This document shows positions 16,712-24,835 of a stretch of 38,453 bases of DNA, in pieces. Position numbers and translations under genes: made by a program. How positions within the stretch are numbered: the first letter of the stretch is position 1; every line of letters starts with the position of its first letter. Source of the stretch: a virus (taxonomy: Duplodnaviria > Heunggongvirae > Uroviricota > Caudoviricetes); the IMG/VR virus record IMGVR_UViG_2541047932_000016; one strand, 5' to 3'. The notes under the pieces are model-generated. The model searched no databases, was not told the DNA's origin, and worked only from the letters and a program-made list of their open reading frames with translations.

Positions 16712-17425
16712 ATGGTTGTTGTCTGTTCAGTTATCATGGTTTGCTCCCCAATTAATATTTTTCTTGAAAAGGATACGTTGTCACTTAAGCCCGGCTCAGT
16801 CGTTCTGGCCACCAAATGCATCAGGGCGCTTTTCCTTATGCATTATGGCAAAGTTAAAATTTTCGATATAAACCATTCCATAGTAAGTCAATATCTGGAA
16901 ATTCAGCATAAGCTGACAAGAACTCATCTGACTGACGTTCCGCTTTATCTGTCACTGGAACCCAACAACCCTGCGTTGGCTGAGGCTTTAATTACCAGCC
17001 AGAGATTTTCCGGAGATACCACGGATATGTTTCTTATGATGGCATGCCTGTCGCTGTTTGAATCAGATGAACGGATATTATTATTTTTAAGTGGATGTTT
17101 ATCCAGTATAAGTGCCAAAGTCAGGGCGATAATTCAGACAGATATATCAGCAAGCTGGACGCTTGGTGCGATTGCGTTACGCCTGCATATGAGTGAGAGT
17201 TTGTTAAAGATAAAACTGAAAAATGAAGGGCACATGTTCAGTCGCTTGTTGCTGGAAGAGCGGATGCGTGTTGCTGTCAATATGTTATGTTCCCGGCATG
17301 GATATGGACAGGCTGTAGCAGAAAAATGCGGTTATTCAAGCTGGTCCTACTTTATTTCTGTATTTCACCGCTATTATGGCTTCCCGCCAGACAGATATGT
17401 ATCCAGGCAAGGGCTTGATTATTGA
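16712..17425 (+). CDS. AraC-family transcriptional regulator
   Basis: 237 aa; C-terminal AraC-type HTH (WTLGAIALRLHMSESLLKIKLKNEGHMFSRLL...GYSSWSYFISVFHRYYGFPP); markedly AT-rich gene. Confidence 0.75.
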   Translation: MVVVCSVIMVCSPINIFLEKDTLSLKPGSVVLATKCIRALFLMHYGKVKIFDINHSIVSQYLEIQHKLTRTHLTDVPLYLSLEPNNPALAEALITSQRFSGDTTDMFLMMACLSLFESDERILLFLSGCLSSISAKVRAIIQTDISASWTLGAIALRLHMSESLLKIKLKNEGHMFSRLLLEERMRVAVNMLCSRHGYGQAVAEKCGYSSWSYFISVFHRYYGFPPDRYVSRQGLDY

Positions 17426-17453
17426 TTTTCATCTGATTATTATTTTTTGACCC

Positions 17454-17529
17454 GGCCCTTTAGCTCAGTGGTGAGAGCGAGCGACTCATAATCGCCAGGT
17501 CGCTGGTTCAAATCCAGCAAGGGCCACCA
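17454..17529 (+). tRNA. tRNA with CAT anticodon (Ile2/Met type; ileX/ileZ-like)
   Basis: Hand-folded 76-nt cloverleaf: acceptor GGCCCTT/AAGGGCC, anticodon loop CTCATAA, T-loop TTCAAAT, 3' CCA. Confidence 0.8.
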
Positions 17530-17536
17530 TCACATA

Positions 17537-17613
17537 CCGCCATTAGCTCATCAGGAAAGAGCGCCAGCTTTCGAAGCTGGTTGCGCGGAGTTCGGGTCCC
17601 CGAAGGCGGTCCA
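17537..17613 (+). tRNA. tRNA-Arg-like (anticodon TCG by hand folding), possibly degenerate
   Basis: 77 nt: acceptor CCGCCAT/AAGGCGG (one A-A mismatch), anticodon loop TTTCGAA, T-stem with one mismatch, T-loop TTCGGGT (non-canonical G at position 58), CCA. Confidence 0.5.
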
Positions 17614-17626
17614 TTATCTGTATCCT

Positions 17627-17703
17627 GCGTTGTTAGCTCAGCCGGACAGAGCAATTGCCTTCTAAGCAATCGGTCACTGGTTCGAATCCAGTACAACGCG
17701 CCA
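17627..17703 (+). tRNA. tRNA-Arg (anticodon TCT)
   Basis: 77 nt: acceptor GCGTTGT/ACAACGC, anticodon stem ATTGC/GCAAT, loop CTTCTAA, T-loop TTCGAAT, discriminator G, CCA. Confidence 0.8.
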
Positions 17704-18192
17704 CACTTATTTTCCCTGGCTCGCTTTTGCGGGCCTTTTTTTTAAATGTCTCACAATTCAGGCGGTTGACTGTTGTCTGGTTTGCGGGGAGTTTGTTAAA
17801 AGAAACTGGCATGGTGAATCCCCCTGTGCGGAGGGGCAATCAGCGAGTAGGTATATGGGATAATCGCGGATTCAGGTGCTGGTACTGAATTCACCGGGAG
17901 GCACCCGGCACCATGCAATGGCACATAGCGCCACTCTCCAGCCCCTCTCCGGAGGGGCTTTCTTATGGACAAAAAAAGCCCGCGCAGGGAGACGCGGGCG
18001 GCAAGGAATAAACAACAAAACGTGAAGTAATATTTCAGCTGGCGAATAATATCCGACAGTAATCACTCTGCGCAATAGCGCGGCCTTTTTCGTATTGCGG
18101 GCTGTTGTCTCTCTTCTGCCATTGTCCTGTAACTTCCGGACTTCAGCCCGCTCCTCATTTTACTCACAATATTATCCCGGCCGGGAGGATTC

Positions 18193-20043
18193 ATGGCATT
18201 TAAACACTATGATGTTGTCAGGGCGGCGTCGCCGTCAGACCTTGCGGAAAAGCTGACACACAAACTGAAAGAGGGCTGGCAGCCATACGGCGGACCGGTT
18301 GCCATTACGCCGTACACACTGATGCAGGCGGTGGCTATTGAAGGAGATCCACAGGTCGGCCCTTCATCTAAGCCGGACTGGTTCTACGTGGTTGTGCTTG
18401 CCGGACAGTCCAACGGCATGGCCTACGGTGAAGGGCTTCCGTTACCGGATTCTTACGATGCTCCGGATCCGCGCATTAAACAGCTGGCGCGCCGCAGCAC
18501 GGTAACTCCGGGTGGAGAGAGTTGTACGTATAACGACATCATTCCGGCTGACCACTGCCTGCATGATGTGCAGGATATGAGTACGCTGAATCATCCGAAG
18601 GCAGACCTGAGCAAAGGGCAGTACGGCTGTGTCGGCCAGGGCTTACATATTGCCAAAAAACTGCTTCCGTATATCCCGAATAACGCGGGGATCCTGCTGG
18701 TACCATGCTGTCGTGGTGGTTCTGCATTCACCCAGGGCGCTGAGGGGACATTCAGTGCGGACACGGGGGCCAGCCAGGATTCGGCACGCTGGGGTGTGGG
18801 TAAACCGTTATATCAGGACCTGATTGCGCGCACTAAAGCTGCATTACAGAAGAACCCGAAAAATGTGTTGCTGGCGGTGTGCTGGATGCAGGGAGAGTTT
18901 GACATGAGCGCCGCCACCCACGCACAGCAACCTGCGCTGTTTACAGCCATGCTGACACAGTTTCGTGCTGACCTCTCCGTGTTTAACGCGCAGTGCCATG
19001 GTGGCAGTGCTGCAGATGTGCCGTGGATTTGTGGTGACACGACGTATTACTGGAAAAATACCTACGGCACCCAGTACAACACCATTTACGGGGCGTACAA
19101 AAACAGGGAGAGTGAGGGCGTTTATTTTGTGCCCTTCATGACAGACGGTAACGGCGTCAATACCGCCACTAACGCGCCGGCAGAAGATCCGGATATTCCG
19201 GCATCAGGATATTACGGTGCGGCATCGAGAACGAATGGAAACCAGGTATCATCAAACCGCCCGACACATTTCAGTTCATGGGCGCGCAGGAGCATTATTC
19301 CGGATCGTCTGGCAACCGCTATTCTGAACGCAGCCGGGCGCACCTCCGCCTTCATCAGTGGTAAGGCACCGGAAATCAAACCCTCGCCCGGCGGCAACAC
19401 GCCATCGGGTCCGTCTGCAGATACGTCCGTTCGCACAATCTCCCTGCTGCCGGCAGCCGGAGAGGCTGCTGCGCAGGGCTGGAGCATTAAGGATGGCGGA
19501 ATTCAGTTGTCAGATGGTGTATTTAAGATCACCAAGCAGAGCAATAAAACCTGGTCCCTGACGCATCCGGTGGATGACGCAATTACCCTGCTGACACAGG
19601 GCGGCAGACTGAACTGTAAGTTCCGCCTGTCAGGCGCACTGACCAACAATCAGTTCGGGCTGGGGATTTATCTGTATACGGATGCTCCCGTTCCTGATGG
19701 TGTGGCGATGACGGGTACCGGTAATCCGTTCCTGATGTCGTACTTCACTCAGACCACTGACGGCAGAGTGAATCTGATGCATCACAGGAAAGCCGGAAAC
19801 ACGAAGCTGGGAGAGTTCGGCGATTACGGTAACGACTGGCAGACGCTGGAGCTGGTGTTCACCGCCGGCAGTGCCACGGTTACTCCGAAACTGAATGGAG
19901 TGGCTGGCCCGGCATTCCAGGTTATAAAAGACAGTCTGACACTGGGACTGAATGCGCTGACGCTGACGGATGTTACAAAAAATGCAGCGTATGGCGTTGA
20001 GATAGAAAGTCTGGTGCTGGAGATAAATGCACCGGCAGCATAA
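18193..20043 (+). CDS. nanS-p: NanS-p-like sialate O-acetylesterase (DUF1737 N-domain plus SGNH/DUF303 esterase)
   Basis: 616 aa; N-terminus MAFKHYDVVRAASPSDLAEKLTHKLKEGWQPYGGP...; VVLAGQSNGMAYGEG esterase motif; GGGAGG RBS; same position as nanS-p in Stx-type phages. Confidence 0.8.
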   Translation: MAFKHYDVVRAASPSDLAEKLTHKLKEGWQPYGGPVAITPYTLMQAVAIEGDPQVGPSSKPDWFYVVVLAGQSNGMAYGEGLPLPDSYDAPDPRIKQLARRSTVTPGGESCTYNDIIPADHCLHDVQDMSTLNHPKADLSKGQYGCVGQGLHIAKKLLPYIPNNAGILLVPCCRGGSAFTQGAEGTFSADTGASQDSARWGVGKPLYQDLIARTKAALQKNPKNVLLAVCWMQGEFDMSAATHAQQPALFTAMLTQFRADLSVFNAQCHGGSAADVPWICGDTTYYWKNTYGTQYNTIYGAYKNRESEGVYFVPFMTDGNGVNTATNAPAEDPDIPASGYYGAASRTNGNQVSSNRPTHFSSWARRSIIPDRLATAILNAAGRTSAFISGKAPEIKPSPGGNTPSGPSADTSVRTISLLPAAGEAAAQGWSIKDGGIQLSDGVFKITKQSNKTWSLTHPVDDAITLLTQGGRLNCKFRLSGALTNNQFGLGIYLYTDAPVPDGVAMTGTGNPFLMSYFTQTTDGRVNLMHHRKAGNTKLGEFGDYGNDWQTLELVFTAGSATVTPKLNGVAGPAFQVIKDSLTLGLNALTLTDVTKNAAYGVEIESLVLEINAPAA

Positions 20044-20045
20044 TA

Positions 20046-20340
20046 AAAAAAGAGCCAGCGACTGACCTGAAAGAAGACGCTGGCTAAAAGGCCTTATATG
20101 TTTGTAGAGACTTATTTTTCACAGACAGCAATGATGCCTGTCAATATATTATCAATATGCGGATTGTTTCAGTTACAGATGCTTTATTAAGGAAAAAAAC
20201 AGCCAGCACTGACTTTCGGTGGAGAGGTGCTGGCTCAGAAGGATAGTTGGATTTCACATGATACTTATGCCTGGCGGTATATTTTCTGACAGACAGTGAC
20301 GGGTGTTGTCAAGATATTGTGTCATTTATAACCTGAATCA
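20046..20340 (+). repeat. Degenerate tandem duplication (~147 bp x2) between nanS-p and holin
   Basis: Unit 1 (20046-20190) and unit 2 (20194-20340) each start AAAAAAA-[G/C]AGCCAGC..GCTGGCT hairpin, then TTTTC-ACAGACAG-..TGTCAA-ATATT; roughly 65% identity by eye. Confidence 0.4.
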
Positions 20341-20490
20341 GGGGAGGCCGGAATGTTATCTGGCATTTTTAGCAGAGCCTGAATGCCATAATCACGGCTC
20401 CCGGAGTTGGCCGTCAGTGGGTGACACTGGCGGCTTTTTTGTTTTTCTTTACTTTCATTTTCTGTCGGCGGTGACGGAGACATACATCAG

Positions 20491-20697
20491 ATGGAAAAAA
20501 TCACAACAGGTGTGTCATACACCACGTCAGCGGTGGGGACGGGATACTGGTTACTGCAGCTGCTGGACAAAGTCTCTCCGTCCCAGTGGGTGGCAATAGG
20601 TGTGCTGGGAAGTCTGCTGTTTGGCCTGCTGACGTATCTGACTAACCTGTATTTCAAAATCAGGGAGGACCGCCGTAAGACGGCGCGGGGAGACTAA
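20491..20697 (+). CDS. S: Holin (class II, phage 21 S-like pinholin family)
   Basis: 68 aa; two TM segments ([38 protein letters not shown]) and charged C-terminus [13 protein letters not shown], closely resembling S21. Confidence 0.8.
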   Translation: MEKITTGVSYTTSAVGTGYWLLQLLDKVSPSQWVAIGVLGSLLFGLLTYLTNLYFKIREDRRKTARGD

Positions 20698-20701
20698 AGC
20701 G

Positions 20702-21691
20702 ATGAAGAAAAAATACGAACAGGTTGTTAAAGAGATAAATAATTACCCGGATAAGATTGCTGTTACTGTGGCACTTGAAATTGGCGGGCATCCGTCGTTG
20801 TTGTTGCCACATGTGGCGATTAGTCTTGACCGTACTGAAGGTGCCACGCTGGAGTTCTACGAAGCTGAGGCGAAAAAACAGGCGAAGCAGTTTTTCATGG
20901 ATATTGTTGCCGGGTTATGCGAAGGGGATGAACCGTCACCGGAAAAGCGCCCCGTAATTTTAGATGCGCAGGATGTATTGATAACCTACAAAGGAAAGCT
21001 ACCGGGAAGAATTACTTGTTCTCTGAAGATGCCGCCGTCAACACTGCGGTCAGAAAAAGATGATGTTGAATCGCGTATTGAAAAACTGGAGTGCTATATC
21101 GCTGAATTGAAAAAAAGCACCCCAACAAAAAATGAGGTGCTTGCAGCAGACGAAATGAAAGAAGCTATTCCTGATCGCGCGGCGAATCTAAGCTGCGCTT
21201 CATGGTTGAAAGAGCATCTTCAGCAGCCTGAAAAAAAACGCCGCGATGAGCAGTTTGCTGCGTTTTACGATTATTGCCGGAAAGTGATGAGCAGAAATCT
21301 CGCAGAGTGTTTCAGTATTCATAATGATAATTTCAGTGAGCTGGAATGGGAGTGTAACCGGCCATCCTTTGTTGTATCCGGTGATGCCGGGAAAATAACC
21401 ATCTCAGAAAATGGGAAAGTAACACCTCCATCGCACCAGCACAGTGAGGAGCTCATTGAATTTGCCATTGATTACCTGAAGAACAATAAAAAGCAGGGGC
21501 TGATGAAGCGCGTGGGCCGTTGCATGGGATATCTTCAGGTAGCCGCTGAGATTGAAGCGCTGGCCAGTGGTGCTGATAAGGATGCAATTGTGCGGGAGGC
21601 TCTTCTTCGTGATTTTAATACTCCCCCTTTTAAAAAAGTGCCGGCTTACTGGCTTCATCCGGGGCTGACTTATCTTAAAGTGCGTATTTAG
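20702..21691 (+). CDS. Hypothetical protein (329 aa) inserted between holin and endolysin
   Basis: ATG 4 nt after holin stop with GGGGAG RBS; soluble, no family recognised. Confidence 0.7.
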   Translation: MKKKYEQVVKEINNYPDKIAVTVALEIGGHPSLLLPHVAISLDRTEGATLEFYEAEAKKQAKQFFMDIVAGLCEGDEPSPEKRPVILDAQDVLITYKGKLPGRITCSLKMPPSTLRSEKDDVESRIEKLECYIAELKKSTPTKNEVLAADEMKEAIPDRAANLSCASWLKEHLQQPEKKRRDEQFAAFYDYCRKVMSRNLAECFSIHNDNFSELEWECNRPSFVVSGDAGKITISENGKVTPPSHQHSEELIEFAIDYLKNNKKQGLMKRVGRCMGYLQVAAEIEALASGADKDAIVREALLRDFNTPPFKKVPAYWLHPGLTYLKVRI

Positions 21692-21727
21692 TGGGCCAGG
21701 GACAGCGGCTGAATATTTAATATATCC

Positions 21728-22261
21728 ATGAACACCAAAATCAAATACGGCCTGTCGGCTGCCGTTCTGGCGCTGATTGCAGCTGGTGCGCCTGCGCCTG
21801 ACATTCTCGACCAGTTTCTGGATGAAAAGGAAGGTAACCACACCACGGCATACCGTGATGGCGCGGGTATCTGGACCATCTGTCGCGGTGCCATTCTGGT
21901 GGATGGTAAACCTGTCGTCCCGGGCATGAAGTTGTCGAAGGAGAAATGCGACCAGGTTAACGCCATCGAACGTGATAAGGCGCTGGCATGGGTGGAGAAA
22001 AACATCAAAGTGCCATTGACCGAACCCCAGAAAGCGGGGATCGCGTCATTCTGTCCGTACAACATTGGTCCCGGTAAGTGTTTCCCGTCGACGTTTTACA
22101 GACGAATTAATGCTGGTGATCGCAGGGGAGCATGTGAGGCGATTCGCTGGTGGATTAAGGACGGTGGCAGAGACTGCCGTATTCGCTCAAATAACTGTTA
22201 CGGTCAGGTATCCCGTCGTGACCAGGAGAGCGCGCTGGCGTGCTGGGGAATCGACAGATAA
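21728..22261 (+). CDS. R: SAR endolysin (lysozyme, phage 21 R-like)
   Basis: 177 aa; N-terminal Gly/Ala-rich signal-anchor-release segment YGLSAAVLALIAAGAPA, then lysozyme body (...EGNHTTAYRDGAGIWTICRG...). Confidence 0.85.
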   Translation: MNTKIKYGLSAAVLALIAAGAPAPDILDQFLDEKEGNHTTAYRDGAGIWTICRGAILVDGKPVVPGMKLSKEKCDQVNAIERDKALAWVEKNIKVPLTEPQKAGIASFCPYNIGPGKCFPSTFYRRINAGDRRGACEAIRWWIKDGGRDCRIRSNNCYGQVSRRDQESALACWGIDR

Positions 22262-22354
22262 GCAGAATATTTTGCTAATAAATGACGTTGGCCAAGGCGG
22301 ACGGATAACACGAAATCCTGCGAACTGGCGAAACGTAAGTGAATAAAAGTAAAA

Positions 22355-22391
22355 ACCCCGTTTGTTGGCAGCAAGCGGGGTTTTGTTTTTA
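22355..22391 (+). terminator. Rho-independent terminator after the endolysin gene
   Basis: ACCCCGTTTG...CAAGCGGGGT stem followed by TTTTGTTTTT. Confidence 0.6.
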
Positions 22392-22455
22392 TGGCAGTAA
22401 GCTATGGGAGGCTGCCTTGATTGATTTTAGCAAACTGATTAGGGAGTTGCGACTC

Positions 22456-22551
22456 ATGATTAGTCAATTACCAAACTGGAAATTTTTGCTGGTCTGGAGC
22501 ATCCCTTTTTTATGGGTAGTATCCCAGTTAATTGTGGCAATTAAGGGGTAG
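22456..22551 (+). CDS. Small hydrophobic peptide (31 aa)
   Basis: ATG 22456 with AGGGAG RBS; MISQLPNWKFLLVWSIPFLWVVSQLIVAIKG. Confidence 0.35.
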   Translation: MISQLPNWKFLLVWSIPFLWVVSQLIVAIKG

Positions 22552-22553
22552 CT

Positions 22554-22685
22554 ATGTCAGACAAACTCATAACGCCGGCAAAGGTCCTGTGTGTGATTGT
22601 CGGTATTTCATTTTCACTAATGCTGGTTGCTCTTTTTCTGTCCCTCGCCTGGGTGATGTTGTCTTCGTCGGGGCTGCTGGGGTGA
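22554..22685 (+). CDS. Small hydrophobic peptide (43 aa)
   Basis: ATG 22554 with AAGGGG RBS; MSDKLITPAKVLCVIVGISFSLMLVALFLSLAWVMLSSSGLLG. Confidence 0.4.
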   Translation: MSDKLITPAKVLCVIVGISFSLMLVALFLSLAWVMLSSSGLLG

Positions 22686-22804
22686 CAGTGACTGATGACA
22701 TCAGCAGAGCGCTGGCTTTTGCTATTAAGTGGGTGGCTGTTGGTATTGCTGTGTCTCCGATGCTGTATGGGCTGGCAAAACTGGTCATTGCGCTGAAATC
22801 GTGA
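22682..22804 (+). CDS. Small hydrophobic peptide (40 aa), paralogue of the next ORF
   Basis: GTG overlapping the previous stop (GTGA); VTVTDDISRALAFAIKWVAVGIAVSPMLYGLAKLVIALKS; ~11/19 identity with the following peptide over the core. Confidence 0.4.
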   Translation: MTVTDDISRALAFAIKWVAVGIAVSPMLYGLAKLVIALKS

Positions 22805-22815
22805 ACTTTAAAAAG

Positions 22816-22902
22816 ATGAGTGCTGAACTTATTCGGGCAATGGCATTTGCTATTCGTATTGTGGCCATTGCTGTTCTGGTCTGGGCAATCCGTTGGTGGT
22901 GA
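22816..22902 (+). CDS. Small hydrophobic peptide (28 aa), paralogue of the previous ORF
   Basis: [28 protein letters not shown]; stop 1 nt before the Rz ATG. Confidence 0.4.
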   Translation: MSAELIRAMAFAIRIVAIAVLVWAIRWW

Positions 22903-22903
22903 T

Positions 22904-23398
22904 ATGAACCGTGTTCTGTGTGTGGTGATTATTGTCCTGCTGGTAGCCTGTGGTGTGCTTAGTCTGGGGCTGAATCATTACCGTGATAACGCCATAACCT
23001 ACAAAGAGCAGCGCGATAAAAAAGTCAGTGAGCTGGAGCAGGCAAATGCAACCATTACTGATATGCAGCAGCGCCAGCGTGATGTTGCTGCACTTGATGC
23101 CAGATACACGAAGGAATTAGCCGATGCGAGAGCTGAAAATGAAACTCTGCGCGCTGATGTTGCCGCTGGTCGTAAGCGCCTGCGGATCAACGCCACCTGC
23201 TCCGGTACCGTGCGTGAAGCCACCGGCACCTCCAGCGTGGATAATGCAACCGGCCCCCGACTGGCAGACACCGCTGAACGGGATTATTTCATCCTCAGAG
23301 AACGGTTGATGACAATGCAGAAGCAGCTGGAAGGGGCGCAGGAATATATCCGCACTCAGTGCACTAAGCTGGCTTTTTATTATCCGGAGGATACATGA
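22904..23398 (+). CDS. Rz: Rz i-spanin
   Basis: 164 aa from ATG 22904; N-terminal TM anchor ([20 protein letters not shown]), coiled-coil periplasmic domain, embedded Rz1. Confidence 0.8.
   Translation: MNRVLCVVIIVLLVACGVLSLGLNHYRDNAITYKEQRDKKVSELEQANATITDMQQRQRDVAALDARYTKELADARAENETLRADVAAGRKRLRINATCSGTVREATGTSSVDNATGPRLADTAERDYFILRERLMTMQKQLEGAQEYIRTQCTKLAFYYPEDT
23139..23309 (+). CDS. Rz1: Rz1 o-spanin (outer-membrane lipoprotein) embedded in Rz in the +1 frame
   Basis: [15 protein letters not shown] lipobox signal, then Pro-rich mature peptide ([30 protein letters not shown]...). Confidence 0.7.
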   Translation: MKLCALMLPLVVSACGSTPPAPVPCVKPPAPPAWIMQPAPDWQTPLNGIISSSENG

Positions 23399-23619
23399 AG
23401 AAATTACGGGTAACCGTAGAACCTTTTCAGGGAACAATTCCGTTCCGTATTTTGCAGCGTGGTCGTGTTCTTGTTGAAGGTTCGTTCAGTGGTAAATGTA
23501 CGCAATTACACTCCCGGACCTTTCAGGTGAATGCCACGAATGAAGAGCTAACCGTGGAGTGTACGATGAATGCCGCTAAATGCCGCATGGTATCCGCTGC
23601 ATTACAGCCAGTGTGTTGA
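23395..23619 (+). CDS. Hypothetical protein (74 aa) coupled to the Rz stop
   Basis: ATG overlaps Rz TGA (ATGA); Cys-containing soluble product; unrecognised. Confidence 0.4.
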   Translation: MKKLRVTVEPFQGTIPFRILQRGRVLVEGSFSGKCTQLHSRTFQVNATNEELTVECTMNAAKCRMVSAALQPVC

Positions 23620-24248
23620 GCGACCTTATTATCCATGCGCGGTATTGTCGCCGTATTCCTGCATTAACAGAGACCGCAGCCCGACAGGGAGACTCCTCTG
23701 CGCGAGTGTGCGGGGATAATCAAAAACGATACACACCGGGGTTTACCGCGTTAACGGAGCGCGGCGTTGTCCCCTCATAGTCGCCTGTCCGGTGCGATGG
23801 TGGAAGAAGCCGGATGTTTATCACTATTAATTGATGACACAGAAATGGATTCATTGAATTTCAGCACGTTTTTGTATTCGTGTTATTGAACATCTGTTTA
23901 TTTTACTTTTAACATATTGATAATAAAAAGAGCTGTAAATCTTTAGATGAGTCGATTTTGTCCGGGGAAGTTCAAATGGATTTTATGCTGACGGTTTCTG
24001 GTGTGGTTATCCTGTCCATTGCTTATACTGCAGATAAATATGGCTGCCATTTGTTATCACGTATTGGCGCTTATTGTTCGTTGATGCTGATTTTCTCGTC
24101 GCTTTTTTTTGAGTAAGTTATATTAATTATAACAAATAATTTTCTGTGTTATTTTTTCAGGCTATCCCGTCAGAGGGGAAGCCTGTACTGCCGGGGAGCG
24201 AATGGAAAACTGATGTGTCCGGTAACTGCGTGTTCTGTGAACACCATG

Positions 24249-24434
24249 TTACTTAATTATGTAATTCATACCCGAACTCTCTGTTGACAGCCTTCTTCTG
24301 CAGGCTTCAATAACCCACGCTGAAAAATTACCTGAACCTTTCTGATCAAGAGCGATGTTAATTTGTTCAATCATTTGGTTAGGAAAGCGGATGTTGCGGG
24401 TTGTTGTTCTGCGGGTTCTGTTCTTCGTTGACAT
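24249..24434 (-). CDS. Small DNA-binding protein, Arc/MetJ-like (ribbon-helix-helix)
   Basis: 61 aa; basic N-terminus MSTKNRTRRTTTRNIRFPNQMIEQINIALDQKG is RHH-like; lies just upstream of cos. Confidence 0.5.
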   Translation of the reverse strand: MSTKNRTRRTTTRNIRFPNQMIEQINIALDQKGSGNFSAWVIEACRRRLSTESSGMNYIIK

Positions 24435-24640
24435 GAGGTTGCCCCGTATTCAGTGTCGCTGATTTGTATTGTCTGAAGTTGTTTTTACGTTAAGTTGACG
24501 CAGATCAATTAATACGATACCTGCGTCATAATTGATTATTTGACGTGGTTTGATGGCGTACACACATGTTGTGATAAACCTTATATAGATGATAATCATT
24601 ATCATTTCGTGGGTCCTTTCCGGCGATCCGGGCCGTTACG

Positions 24641-24652
24641 GGGCGGCGACCT
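24641..24652 (+). other. cos: cosN cohesive-end site (lambda-type 12-nt overhang GGGCGGCGACCT)
   Basis: GGGCGGCGACCTCGCGGGTTTTCGCTATTTATGAAAATTTTCCGG matches the left end of the lambda genome; directly upstream of the terminase small subunit gene. Confidence 0.85.
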
Positions 24653-24679
24653 CGCGGGTTTTCGCTATTTATGAAAATT

Positions 24680-24795
24680 TTCCGGGATCCATGTCCGGTT
24701 TCTCTTCAAGTTAACTATATGAAAAATATAAAAACAGGTCTTCTGTGAACCGGACATGAACAAAAAACAGACATGTAAACCGGACATGACCGGTT
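24680..24795 (+). promoter_or_regulatory. cosB-like terminase small-subunit binding region
   Basis: Three copies of CCGGACATG (24690-24698 inverted; 24750-24758 and 24780-24788 direct) separated by an A-rich tract, analogous to lambda R3-I1-R2-R1. Confidence 0.55.
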
Positions 24796-24835
24796 TTGTT
24801 GTGATTGTGAGGTGAGAGTTTTTGCGAGGTGAGGA

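Noticed and set aside
17655-17888. 77-aa ORF overlapping the third tRNA and the downstream hairpin region
   Set aside because: Starts inside a tRNA gene; no RBS; the region is better explained by tRNA plus structured non-coding sequence.
20303-20599. 98-aa plus-strand ORF overlapping the holin start
   Set aside because: Out of frame with and overlapping the holin gene, which has a clear phage 21 S-like product; upstream part lies in the tandem-repeat intergenic region.
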